A DNA stretch of 64,000 nt from Moniliella sp. 'wahieum' (lineage: Eukaryota), in contig RSEE01000167.1 of assembly GCA_003971905.1 (NCBI GenBank), forward strand, positions 1-64,000. The letters run 5' to 3'. Below the pieces are notes generated by a model that was not told where the DNA came from, did not search any database, and saw nothing but the letters and a program-made list of their open reading frames with translations. Position 1 is the stretch's first letter. Every line of letters begins with the position of its first letter. Of this stretch, positions 9,299-22,782 are shown piece after piece. Both the position numbers and the translations under genes were made by a program.

Positions 9299-11886
9299 AT
9301 GTCCGAGCAGTTCTTCTGGGACGCATGCGACGTGGGTCCGCTGCGCTCCATTGCCTCGGCCGCCGGCATTCCGTCCGCGGCTGGTCTCAGCAAGGATGCT
9401 CTCGTCGCCGCGCTGTCGCACAAGTCGCTGCGGGAGTACGACCTGCCCAACGATGCGCCGCGCGTTCTTCTTGCGGCCCGCCGGTTTTTGCGCGAGGTCC
9501 ACTCGGCCACGCGCGCACCGCCCCTTAGTCGCCTCTCCGGCCACCCCACCCCGCCCCCGCCCGCGCTCGCACCTCCTCTCCCTGCCTGCCGAGGTGGTGC
9601 ACGACATTTGCGCGTGCGGCGTGCTGTCTCCTCGCCAGCTCATCAAGCTTTCCTGGACCTGCAAGGGTGCGTCCCTCCTCCTCCCACGGCCTCGGCCCCG
9701 GCGCGCGGGTGACATGGGTGACATTGACATGTTGCCCCAGCCTTGCACTCCCAGGCAGGACGAGTCGGTGTGGCACCGGCTGGCCATCCGCTTTCTTGGG
9801 CTGCCCCGCTCGTGTACCACGTTGGCCCAGGCCGCGCCCCTCGCCGGGTTCGTCAAAGTCCCCAAGACATGGCAGGGACTCGTCGTTGCGGCCGAGCTGC
9901 TGGAGCACCAGTTCGGATGGACCATGGCAGGGGAACGGATAAGCAAAGGGGTCGATCCACCCCCCTTTAGCACGGCTGCGCCATGCGTAGATCTCAGGGA
10001 ACATCTGAATGAGTTCATCAGTCCCTATCCCTGGAATCCGGATCCACGCTTGCCCGAAGACCACATTTCCTGCGTTTTTCTCAACACTCCGACCAGCGTC
10101 TTTAACCCGAGAGAGGGTGGTTCGATCGAGGTGGACGCGCTCCCCTCGTTTTAACTTATGCTCCGTTGTCTTGCCGCCGCTGCCGCTGCCCAGCCCCTGG
10201 ACAGCTTACCATTATGTATTGCGGGTCCATCGAGAGGGGAACACGGTGCTCTTTTTTGGACTTGGAGTTGGGAGGTCGATGATGGTACGTTGCCCCCCTT
10301 GTTGGGTGGCCTTCCCTTCGGCTCTGCTACAGTGTTCTAATGCTAACTTCCTTGTGGTACCGACGCCGACAAGGCTGGGTGGATAAGAGAGAAACGCCGT
10401 ATTCCTTCAACATGTCGACTGTTTCTTTTGAGTCAGAGAACGCACCGGAGGTGGTACGCACCATGCGTTTGTGTTGTACAGAACTTACCTACCGACAATA
10501 CCGACGCATGCTGGACCACATCATGATGTTTACCGCGGTCTGTTACCCGAAGGTGTATCACCTGTATGTCCGACTGTTTCGTATCTGCGTCATACCAAAC
10601 AAATGTATTAACCCTCCCTTCAGCTCTGGAAAGGACCGCACGAACCTATCCACATTCAACGTTGAGACGGGGGTCGAGCAAAAAGGGGTGGTGACAGATC
10701 ATCCCTGGTTCGAGGACAAGGTGCCGTACGACGCCCGTCCAGACCTGAAGAAAGAACTAAAGTATGTCGGTTGCATCCTCTGGGGTTTTGGCCACTAACT
10801 CGGTCGCGCAGGTGCGAATTGTACTGCTGGAGACTGTTTGCGGATGACAAGTACGTGTACCTCATTTCCCAGGGGGATCTTATCGCCATGTCACCCGAAA
10901 CGGGACAGACCGTGTGGTCCTTTGCAGACATGTGGAAGGATGAGAACGCTAGCCATGTGGACGATGCCGCGCATTTTATCCTCGACCCTGAGCGTATGAA
11001 TGATGACGATGGTCATTCGATGGAACGCGTAGTGGGAGATTGTGTACGTACCCTTCCCCCCCATCTCGTGTCTTCTTGTTTCTTCTCTTACAATAGCTGA
11101 GCTGACTCGGGAGGGAGGTAGCGACCCCGTCGAAACAGCATTGGTATTGGGACGGGAAGCATGGCTGTGCAAGAAGTGTTTTTCGATGCGTCCACAGAAA
11201 CGCTTCTGATCAGTGTATTCCAAGCCGGGACCCAGCACCCATTTCCGATGGACGGCTTCCACGCGCTTTGGCTCATCAAGGATTACAAAAAAATGATCGT
11301 GTCGGAACGTGTGAGCTGGATGGCCTTTCTGCAGCTGCAGGAGTCCACGTTCCCTCACCACTGTGGCCATTCCGTGGGAAACGGGCGAATGCTCTGCCAG
11401 ATCAACTACGGCTGGCGATGGACCGACAAGGGCAAGTCAGTCGTGTCAGGAATGCCACGCAGAAGGTCCAAGCCCGATGGCTTGCTTGTGCCATTTGTCA
11501 TTGACTGGAAACACGCGCGGAAGCCCGAGGACATCCGGCTGTGCCGCCTGGTCGCCGGTCCCGTCTGGCGCTCCCTCTCGCCCGTCGGCTACCGCAGCAT
11601 TGTCACCCGGGTTTCCAACAAGCGCCAGCGGGGCGGGCACGAGGCCTTGCTCTGGAGCAGCCTGCTCGCTCAGCAGCTGCGGCTCAAGTACAATACCTTG
11701 ACCGCGACCGGCGCGACGTTGGTTCTGCTGGACGAGGCGAGTCAGGTGGACGACGATCAGATCCGAGATGGGCCAGCTCCAGACCGGTGCGTTGCTCGTG
11801 TGGGACTGGGGCCAGCAGGCCGAGCGCTGGTTGGCGGCGCACTAGCCTGGCGCGGCACGAGGCGGGCAGAGGCACTCACTAGGTAG
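9299..11886 (+). CDS. F-box domain protein, multi-exon, with a possible N-terminal HeH/SAP-like motif
   Basis: GCCGCCATG start context at 9299. LRSIASAAGIPSAAGLSKDALVAAL is HeH/SAP-like. HLLSLPAEVVHDICACGVLSPRQLIKLSWTCK fits the F-box pattern. Protein-like ORF pieces continue to 11886, separated by intron-like pyrimidine tracts. Exon structure not resolved. Confidence 0.6.
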
Positions 11887-12067
11887 TGCCGATCGGGGCG
11901 CCACAAAGTCAGTGTTTAACTATGTTGTACCAAAGCTGCGGTGGGGTAAATAGACGTGGGGCTGTGGTCCGTGCGCATCGCCCCGTTAAGCAGGTGGGCA
12001 ATATGTAGCCGCCAAAGCACACACCGCCGCCCGAAGAACTCAGGCGACACGGAGCGTCTTGCTCGCC

Positions 12068-12253
12068 ATGTTCGACTGCCTGCCGCGCGAGTTGGCGCAG
12101 CACGTGCTCTCGCGCGGCGTGTTGTCCGTCGCGGACGTCACGCGCTGTGCGGCGACGTGCAGGTGTTGGCGCGCGCACGCACGCGCCCTCTATTTTTTCA
12201 GAGGCCGAACCGTAGTACGTTTGTTCACACTTCCTGTTCCTCGCTGGTACTAG
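12068..12253 (+). pseudogene. Short F-box-only ORF or fragment
   Basis: MFDCLPRELAQHVLSRGVLSVADVTRCAATCRCWR matches the F-box pattern and shares GVLS with the upstream F-box. There is little room before the convergent ATAD2 3' end. Confidence 0.5.
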
Positions 12254-12435
12254 TAGGCCTACTTATTCCAACTGTTGGATAAGTGATGGAACTAGGGCGC
12301 AGCCCATCTCGCGCGGGGATCGCCACCTCACCGCGGCGATTATGTGGTCGATCAGGTGGATCATGTAAAAAAGGGGAATGCGATTACTATACAAGAACGC
12401 GGTCGAGGAGGGGAGAATGTTTCTAAATGGCTGGC

Positions 12436-15400
12436 TTACTGCCTCTGGCGCTGCAATCGCGGTGGCGCAGATCAGCCGCCAGAAGAATAGTGTCCACCAT
12501 TGACTGACCCACCGGGTCCCGGTTCCAACTTGACCGGTTGGCCCAAAGCAGGTCAAAGCACGCCGCTCGCAACGACTCGAGCTCCTCGACACTAAACTCA
12601 TGCAGGTAATCAATGTGGCGCTGCAGTTGTTCACCAAATAGGGAGACAAGACGAGATGGTGCGCAGGCTCAGGGGATGCATCGGTCGTCGGTACTGGCGA
12701 CAAGAGGGTAGTCAAGCGGGTCCGTTTCGAAGGCGATGATTCCTCTGCGGTGCCGTCTTCGTGGATCCGTTTGGACCCGTTCCGTTGTGGGGAGCCAACA
12801 GTATCGGTGCCAATAGGTTCAGCCACAATGGAAGGCGCCTCCACCTCGTCGGCCACGGGCTCCCTCCCCGGTGCTGGTGGGGGCGCAGGAGTGGTATCTG
12901 TAGGTTTCGTCTTCTCCGATTCCTTTTGCCTCATTTGCTTCTCTGCTTCTCCTTTTTTGGGATTGTTCGGCCGCCTCACGCCGGGCTACGCGGACAGCCA
13001 ACCGCTCGCACTCGACCCGGAAGGCAGGCTCGACAAATTGGTCGAGGAGGATGTTGGCCATGTTGAGCATCTGGTGGGCCTGAGTGCCCGCTCACCATCC
13101 ACCACTTCGGCCGCCTCTGCATTGTGCGCAATCCGTTGCAGATCCTCAACAAAGTTCGACACGCAGAGGTAATGGTCATAATACAGTTTCTTCTGCATCC
13201 GCTCCAGCGTAGTCGTGTAGAGCACGGTCCGCTGCCACGTAATGGTATCGGCCTCCTCCTCGTCAGCTGCTTGTGCTGCGGCAGTTACCTCGTCCACCGT
13301 TTCGGCCTCGACCGCGGTCTCGTCCGCATCGGCTTCTGCCATTGTCACCTCGGGAGCAGCAGCGTCCGTCTCCCCGGCCGGTACACCTTCCATCGCGTCA
13401 CCAATGGCTTCCCCGGTCGGAGAGCGCGCAACAACGGTGCCCTCGGAGGGGAGGCATGGCCATTCGCTCCTGTTGCCTCTCCACCCGAAGCAGAGGTGGA
13501 TCCCGGAGTCGGGTTGGTCAGTTGGTGAATCGAGATACGCTTGGACAATGTGGCCTGTTGTTTGCGCATCCTCTCCGCCTCCTTAGCGGCGGCACGAGCC
13601 CTGCGGTTTTTCTCGATCTCCTCGGGGGACTTTCGTAGGGAAGGTCAAGCGTGTATGCCCCTTTTGGCGCGTCGAGGGGAAGTTGGAGGTAAGGTAGGTG
13701 AGATTGTACTCCTCCTGTCAGAACGGGGTCAGCGGGGGGTCAGAACCCAGAGCCAGGACACAGAAGCCGGCACAGAGCGAGGGGAAGAGGGGAAGAATAC
13801 GCACCCAAACGTTTTTGGTAAAGACTTTGAACTTTTTGCGCAACTCAGCCAGGACAGGCCCCAGCTTGAATTTGAGTTGCTCCAACAAGCGTTCGTCCGA
13901 AACGATTTGTTCCTGCAACTCTTCCTTGGTGGGTTGACGGGGCGGCAAGGCCGGTGCCAAGGGAAGGTCGGGAAGGACGCGGCGTACTTTCGGTACACCT
14001 CCAGGGAAGAACGGTGGAGGCTGGGCCAAGTACGAGAGGAGAGGTTTGAAGAAGGCTCGACGCTGGTCTTGCGCGGGGGGGGTGAGCAAAATTCCCGGTT
14101 TAGCAAACCATTCTTGCACCTCAGGGTCCAGTTGGTCCCGGGGACAATCGGCCACCCGAGGAGCAAAAACCGGTTCGTCAGTCGCCAAACATCGAGAAGC
14201 GAACGCATCAGCGTGATCGTCGACCGCGGGATGGTATCAATCGTCCACGACTGAAGCGAGGGGCAAAGAGCACAGCAGGTTTATGCCGCCGTGCTTCAAC
14301 AAAGAGCTGGACCAAGGCCGTGTCGGGGGCCGGCTGGCGTCGCCGAGCAAGGTTGGCAAGTCCAAGCTGGAAAACATGGTACCCTTCCAGGTTTGTAGAG
14401 CAACGCTCGTGCGAGCACATTTGTCCATTCCCGGCTGGGCCAGGATCAGCATCCGGGGGCGATACACCGTACGACGAAAACTGTTGCAGCAAAACTTCGT
14501 GGTTGAACGTATCCCCGCCCAAGTGGGGCGATGGGTCTTGCCACATCGCCTCCTAGGCAGTGCGCTGCTTGGCGGGGGGCAAGAGACTGTCCAGCAGGTC
14601 CTGTGCTTCGGCCTCCGCGTCGGCGAGGAGTGGTTTGAGGTGGTCCGGTAGAGGCGTGGCTTGGGACGAGGCGGACGTGCGGAAGAAGGCACAATCTTAT
14701 TGATGGCCAGATAAAGTCTTTCGGCGTTGCCTGGACGGTTTCGGGACGAAGGAGGAGGCGGTCGGTGGTGTGGTAGATTTGGGGGTAGGTGCGCTGGACG
14801 GCGTTGAGCGCGGCCTCGGTGCAGAGCGCGCGCAGATCCGCACCGCAGTAGCCCTTGGTGAGCTGGGCAAGACGGTGGAGCATGGCGGGGGCAGGGGCGG
14901 CGGGGTCCCACTGGCGCGTGTGGATCCGCAAGATCGACTCGCGCGCCGGCAGGGTGGGGAGGGGGAATAGAATTCGCGGTCGAACCGCCCTGGACGGCGA
15001 AGGGCGGGGTCGACCGAGTCGGGTCGGTTGGTCGCCCATGACCACCACTTGGCCTCGGCCGTCCATGCCGTCCATGAGGGCGAGGAGGGTGGACACAATC
15101 GACGCATGGATCTGGTCCTGTGCTGCTCCGCACAGGCGCAAGGCCATCGATCTCGTCGAAAAAGATAATCGCCGGCTGGGAGCGCTTGGCCTCCTCAAAC
15201 AGCAGGCGCAGCTGCCGCTCGCTTCGCCCACCCAACTTGGACAGCACGTCTGCGCCCTTGCGCATAAAGAAGGCCACCTTCTGCCCTTGGCCCTCGGAGG
15301 CTGCGGGGGGGCAGCGCCGTCGGCGGCGGGGGCGTGGAAGCGGGAGCGGGAGCACTGGCCGTGCCCGATACGCTCGCGCCAGCGCCGCGCACCAACGTCT

Positions 15401-17024
15401 TGCCGTCCCGGGGGGCCATGGAAGAGGACGCGCGCGGCGGGGTGATGTGGAAGCGCTGGTAGAGCTCAGGATAGAGGAGCGGGCAGGGTGACCATCTCCT
15501 TGAGCTGCTGCAGCGTGCTGTCCAAGCTCCGACCGAGTCAAAGTCGACTTGCATGTTCGTCCAAGCGGATCAATGTCCGCATCGGGTCGCCACCCGTCTT
15601 GAGTCGACCCATCGTGTCCGCTGCACCATGGCCGGACAGGTCGCCTTGCCCGCCGCCTGGCGCCGCATCTCCGCGCCCAGAAGCCGCCCGGCATGCCACC
15701 GGGCACTCGCAGCCCGGCCCGGGGAGTTTACCCTTGCGTCCCGCGACCGTCTTGGCATAATCGTCGCTATCCGACGACTGGGTGCGCTCGCCAAAGGCGC
15801 GCGCGAGGTCTTTGCCCGTCATGGACTTGGGCAATCGGTCCCAGGTCGTCGCCCCGCCAAACGGACGGTCCCCGCCGCCGCGTCGTGCACCCGGATTGGC
15901 CCATCCTGGACCATTCAGGCCCGTGTAGGGGCGTGCGCGGCGCGGGCTGCCACCGCTGGGCGCAGGAGCAGCGGGGGTGGTATAGTTGACCTCTTTTCGC
16001 GCACGCAGACGCATCCCCTGGCTCTCCGGTTCCTCTTCTTCGGAAGCAGACGGATCGACTGAAGATCCACTGGCCGCATCGCCACTGACAAACTCGTCTT
16101 CGTCCGACAAGCGAGCCTTGCGTTTGGCTGTCTTACCTCGGGACTTGGTTCGGCTGCGCAGGCGATGGCCCGCAACCATGGGTCCATCCCCCTCCTCCTT
16201 CTCGTGTTCCTCGGCGCTGGTGGCGCGGCTGTACCGAGGGCCTTGATACTGGGCGCTTTTGCTTTTCAGCGCCGCCTTGCGCGTGCGCGCCAGTTCTTGG
16301 ACACGCGTCTGTGCCGTGCTTGTCCTTCGGGGCCCGGTCTTGATCGTCCGAGGTACGCTGCGAGCTGCGACGGCGCGTACGAACTCGTCGGACCGGGCCT
16401 GCCTCCTCCTCCTCCGTGTCATTCACGTCCACTTCACGCATGCTGGTCAAGTTGCGCGTGGAGCGACGAGGGCGGTGAGAAGGCAGGTCCTCATTGTGCA
16501 TCGTCGCGTCCTCCGCATGGCCGAGGCCACTGGAATTGAACGCTTGCGGGGGGCGAGGGTGCGCCCACTTCTCGTGGTGTGAATAACCGGCGCCACTTCG
16601 TCCTCGTCCTCGTCCTCGTCCTCGTCTTCATCATCCTCCCCACCACGATCAGTATCACCATCCGCATCTTCATCCTCTTCGGCGTCTGCGTCGAACTCGT
16701 CGTCCGGGTTGGCAAGTTTGTGGTGGCAATGCGAGAAGCAGCGCGGGACGAGCGGCGGGCGGGGACAGGTTTCGTACTCTTTTTGCGCATCTGGATCGGC
16801 GGGGGGGAGGCGCGATCGACGCCGGGCTCGAGAGAGACCTGGGCCAGAGCTTGGTTGGCGCCAAGGAGAAGGCACTGATGCGGATGCGCGGATACGTGGT
16901 GGGGGCGCAGACGCCGGGCTGCTCTCGCCCGGAAGGGAGGGGGGGAGGAAGGTGTGAGCCAGTGGATGTAGGCATGAGGCTCGGCATCGGCCAAGGCGGC
17001 CGCGGCGCGAGTTCTTCGCGTCAT
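12436..17024 (-). CDS. YTA7: Yta7/ATAD2-family AAA+ ATPase with bromodomain-like region
   Basis: [121 protein letters not shown]. Degenerate second AAA domain ([14 protein letters not shown]), bromo-like [30 protein letters not shown], acidic N-terminus. Ends approximate. Confidence 0.93.
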
Positions 17025-17151
17025 GGGAGAGGAGAGGGAGAGGGAAGGCAGGTGGGCGGGCCTGCGGCGGGGGGAGGGGGGAGAAGAGAGAAGCCAAGGG
17101 AGGTGGGAATGGCGGTGGAGGTGGTGGTGGTGGGGATGGGGTGGTGTGGTG

Positions 17152-17198
17152 GGTGGTGGTGGTGGTGGTGGTGGTGGTGGTGGTGGTGGTGGTGGTGG
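17152..17198 (+). repeat. (GGT)n microsatellite upstream of the ATAD2 start
   Basis: About 15 perfect GGT units. Confidence 0.95.
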
Positions 17199-19113
17199 GA
17201 GCGGTGCCGTCAGAACACGGGCGCGTCGTGTGATGTCGGCTGGGTTGGCTGTTAGCCAGTGTTGGTTGGTTGGAGTGCGCTGGGCTGCTACGGGGGGCTT
17301 ACGTCAGCCATCGGGACAGCGCTGGCGGCGAGTGGCTGATAATAATCATCTTAGGAGGGGGGTAGGAGGGGTGTGCAGCCACCACACCACCGCCAGCTGG
17401 CACCCAGACAGCCAGCCTTCCCACTGGGCTTCTTCTTCGCATTCGTATTCGTCACGCCGCCACAAAACACACCACAAGACCGAGGAATGAAAGCAAGCAT
17501 ATCATTACAGAGGGTGTTAACTGCAACCACTGATGTTTTTTTGCTCTTCGGTGTAGTTTCTTTCTCCCACCATTCACTGTGAACGCCCTCCTACTCTCCG
17601 CCTCAGATGCTCAACCCGTGCAACATCCAATCCTCAGGGATCTTCGATGCGCCCATCCTCACATGTCACAGGCCTCCCTGCTCGGTGCATCAAGGGACGG
17701 CGACCGTCGCATCGCTATTCACCGCGGTGATTTTGTCCAAGCAGGCTTCATCCCTGTACTTTAACCTGTGCAAGTAAGCAGGGACTGGGATTTGATCCGT
17801 GTTACCTCGGAGGACTGGTACTTATGTGCATCATAATCCCAGTAGCCGTATTGGAGAGACCATGTATGAGATCTGAGATGCTCAATGCTTCACAGTTGAA
17901 CGTTAACCCCGCCGTCCAGCTGGTCCAAAAAGCGCCCGCGTGTTGGGCAAACCCACCGGCTGCGGTTCCGGTTATGGCGAGGCACACTTTTGCGGCTGCG
18001 GTTATAGCAGTTGTGGGTCTGCAACTCCAGGCGATGGCGCCGCGGTACCTACGCCATCACCTCCGGCGTATACGAGTTGTGCCCCCCTTACTCTGTTCCA
18101 GCGGCCATGACCTCGTTATTCCTCTCGTCCCCGCCCCCAGAACAGGGGTAACCGGTACCTGCCTCTTCGATTAGCCGCCTACACTACTGCTGTCTGCGGG
18201 GGCAACACGGGTGGCCTCGTCGATGGGGAGTGAATTGCATACGTAGTACTAGTATCCCTTAGAACTCCCCTCCCCCATTATACTGAATGCGGTGCTACTT
18301 ATATGAACACAGGACCGTTGCGCTGGCGCTATCCGGCCAGCACCTGCACTCGTCCCTTGACGCCACACGCCTCTAATGTTGCGCTGTTGTAGTAACTTGA
18401 CCCAATGTGAATGCAACATGAGAGGGGTAGGCTCCTCCGCGCGCTGTGTTGGGATCTCAGATGCACAGGTCGATCATCGAAAAATGTTTTTTGCTCCGCA
18501 TTCTTGTCCCGCGCGGGTGCTGGACCCTGGTATGGCGTTGTTCGACAGCGCCGCCGAGGCCATGCGCATTCCTTTACTGGAATTACGATGTGTTGTTGTT
18601 ATAATATAGTGTCCGTTTCTGTTTCTGTTCACCTCCGTCTTCGCTCTTGTCTCCACCTCCTTCTTCTGGTTCCCCGCCACCCTCCAGCCGTTTGCTGTTC
18701 GGGCTTTTTCCAGTTACGTCTTTCCTCGAGTCACTCTCGGCAGCCCTCTCTGTGAGGCTTGGCCAACAGATGAGAGACTACTAGCTTCTCCCCAGTATAA
18801 TTCGGTTGACTGACTGTGGGTTGTTCTGTCTTCGCTGTGACTGTATTCATATAGCCACACCCCAAACACCGATCGGTCTATTTCGCCTTATACTCCGTTT
18901 GAGATCGATCAAAGCGCTGTTTCTGCCTCTCTTGCACTATGGCTACCGTTTCCCATCCCGCTCTGTCCGATCCGTTCGGTTCGTTCCTGTTGGCTGCTCG
19001 TGGGGGGGTCGACTGTTTGCATACACCAACTTTTTGAGTCTCAACCAGACGCACACCGACCGGCGAGCTTGTGCGCGCTCTCCTGCCGAGGAGGAGGCGC
19101 GGGTGCAAAAGGA

Positions 19114-19800
<687 letters not shown>

Positions 19801-20329
19801 AGAGTGACCCGCATTTCGCCCCCCCCTTCCACCACGAACAGTACTACATATAGATTTTCACTCTCTTTCTCTTCTCTCACTCTGCTCCTGGATCGGGAAC
19901 GGCCACGCTCCCGTGCGTGCGTCGCATGCCCTGCACATGATATGATGGGAGGTCCCCAGTGAGATTCCCCCTTCGCGATTTTTTTGTTTGGGCCCTTTTT
20001 GGGCGTCCATGCATATGTCTTTTCTCACCACAGCGTCCGTTCTTCGCTTTCTTGGGTTGGGTACGAGAGACTATAACGGAGGGGAAATAGAGGGGGCAGG
20101 AGGGTCATCCACCGACTTTTAGGAACCCACGCCGGACCGCATCTCGGCCTCTTCAGCGCCCAGGATGCAAACGGTTCAAAACTGATCAATTCCCGGTCCA
20201 TTCCACCCCGCCTGTGCCCCCTCGTTTACCAGCGACCGTGCTAACCGATCGGCTGTTGGCGCGCCACAGACGTGTACTCTGGGGACAGGCGGGCATGCTG
20301 GTTGTGGAAGCTGAACTGGGGGTCGGCGG

Positions 20330-20610
20330 TTGGAGGCAGCGGGGTTAGTATATCGAAAGTGCATCCAACAGGAGACGGACAAGGCGCAGAGCACAACGCC
20401 ATATTGCAATGGAAACGTCGTCGTGAAGAGGCGTGGCGCTGGTGTTTGGGCGCTGAGGTGCCGGGTGAACGCGCATGTTGGAGCTCGTGTGGGAGGCGAG
20501 CAAGGCAGAGGAAGAGATGGTGTGGATGCAATCAGGCGGAGGCAGCCGGCAGCGCCACAGGGAGGGGTGGAATGGAGCAGAGGCGGAACGGGGCCGCCGA
20601 TCGCACAACT
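20330..20610 (-). pseudogene. Degenerate F-box-like gene relic, paralogue A
   Basis: HPHHLFLCLARLPHELQH then, after a frameshift, FTRHLS...LCALSVSCW. Nucleotide similarity to 28841-28950. Confidence 0.35.
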
Positions 20611-22653
20611 CTTCTGCGACTGGGCTCCGGCGCATCTCGGTCGCATCGCTAGCTCATCGCTATTGGCTCGTCACGCGTCACGGTGACGCGTCGCGAGCAC
20701 GTGTTGGCCACTGTCACACGTCACATGTCACACGTCACATGTCACATGTCAACGCCTCTCGTCACGCGTCACGCGTCCCGAGTCACGCATGATGAATGGC
20801 TTCATTCATCATCCATTTGTGTCATGCATCCACAGCCACTGTGTCTAGCCCCACTGTGTGGAAGGTTGAAGCTTGAAGGGAGGACTCCTGCCACAGTGCT
20901 CCTCTGCCCCGGGTGCGCTGCAACTCTGAATCAGAGATCTGACACAGGCTCGGCCACCAGAGGTGTTTTGTTGATTTTGTGTGTGGCGTGTGTTGACAAC
21001 CCCAACACAATGATCCAGCCGTGTGGCATGTGCGTCCCCACAGGTTCCCACTCAGCGTCAGGCCTCACGCGGTTATGATATATGAGCATCGAGATCATCA
21101 GCCTTCAGCTCATCGATCATACATCCCTTGTTCTCACGTATAGGATGATCCATGTCTAACTTCAACACCTGTTCTTCCGACGCCCGAAGCTTAAAGCTTA
21201 AAGCTTGAAGCTTGAAGATCCTCAGGCCTCACCACTGTTCCATGGATACGCCTGCCTCCATTCCAATCTAACCTGCACAGCGCTCGCGGCCATTGTTACG
21301 GGGAGTGCATGGCGAACGCTACTGAGATCTGAGAAGTGAGACCATAGAGTACGGTTTGGAGGACGGAGGATTGCTGGTTTAGGAGGGTGGACCGCGAATG
21401 AACTGGGAGCGTCATCGATCATCGTACTGATGAGTGGTGTGTACTCGCAACATATGTTGAAGCTCGAAGCTTGAGCTTGAACGTTGAACGTTGAACGCGA
21501 ACGCAGATCGCCGTCACAGCCTCGCTCCCCCCCCCCTCCCCAAACAAGACACGCCCCGCTGTCTTATTGATTGGCCTTTTGTGCACCCCGCCCCCGATGG
21601 CAATGTCGACCCGTCCATCGCGACTGCGCCGATCGGGGCGCCAACAGCTCGATATTTCCGGTGGCCACCAGCAGCGTTCGCCAACAGGCGGCCTAGGTGG
21701 GTGCGGAGAAGCAAGGGAAAGGCAAGGCAAGGCGAGGCCGGCGCCAGACCTGCCAGCTCAGTGGTCACATGGCTCCCACCCAGCACCCAGTACATACGCC
21801 CCAGCTGTTCCATCTTGCTGGGGGCGCTGGTGACACACGGGAGGCCCCGCATTGAGAAGAGAGGGAGTGGCGTACAGTGTGCGTACCCTGAGTCGTGAGT
21901 AACTGTGAGTGTTCAAGTTGAACGGTGAACGTTGAGTACCGTGTATACTGAGTACTGAGGGAGTATGAGTATACTGCGTGTACCGACTACAATTCAATAC
22001 AGAGTCGCATTACTGAGACAGAGGACCGAAGCTGGCTGGGTGGCACCCGCACGGGTGTGTGTGTTCCAGTGTGTGTACCGCGGTAGCCAGCAGGCGGGGG
22101 GGGCACTGGGCGGGCGCGGCGTTGGCAAGCACGGGGCGCAGGCAACACGCTGTGCACGAACCACAGCGCATCATGCATCGAGGCCGTCACGCCTGCGCTG
22201 CCCCGCCACCCGTCACACACCCGACGAGCTCAGACATGCGGGACGATGACGCTCGGGTCGATTATAGAGCCACGCTAGGGGGGTGGATGGGAGCAGAGGG
22301 AGCAGACAGCGGAGGCGACTCGGCTCGAAGGGCGACAATGCGATGGCAGCAGCCCCGCGACGGACGCGGCGACGTGTTTTGGCGTGCTGGGGCCACTGGG
22401 ATCCCATCCATCCCATCCATCCTACCCCTTTCCCAGCGCAGCCTCCCACGCCACACGCACCCGCTCTTTTGCTACCCCCAACCGCCGTCGCTGTGGCGGC
22501 CATGCATCCCACGCCCTGGCTGCCCTCTGCCCCCACCGCCTCCCCATCCGACCCACAGCGCCGCCGCTGCCCGCCCGGCCCAGCCGCCCTCGCTCCCTCA
22601 CGCTCAGTGCCAGCGCCCTCCACAAGCGCCGCCGCACCCACGCGTCGCTCAAC

Positions 22654-22743
22654 ATGACCGGCCTCACCCCAGCCCCCGGCACATCCACCGCCCCCATCCT
22701 CTCCTCCGTCCACAGCCGAAGCCAATCCGAATAACATCCCCGC

Positions 22744-22782
<39 letters not shown>

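Noticed and set aside
17488..18755. Short ORFs between ATAD2 and MDP-1
   Set aside because: No recognisable motifs or consistent strand, so a gene call cannot be supported.
20199..21264. Three CATTCC/GGAATG TEA-binding sites upstream of the TEA gene (autoregulation)
   Set aside because: One or two 6-mer hits are expected by chance in about 2.8 kb on both strands, so three is not convincing.
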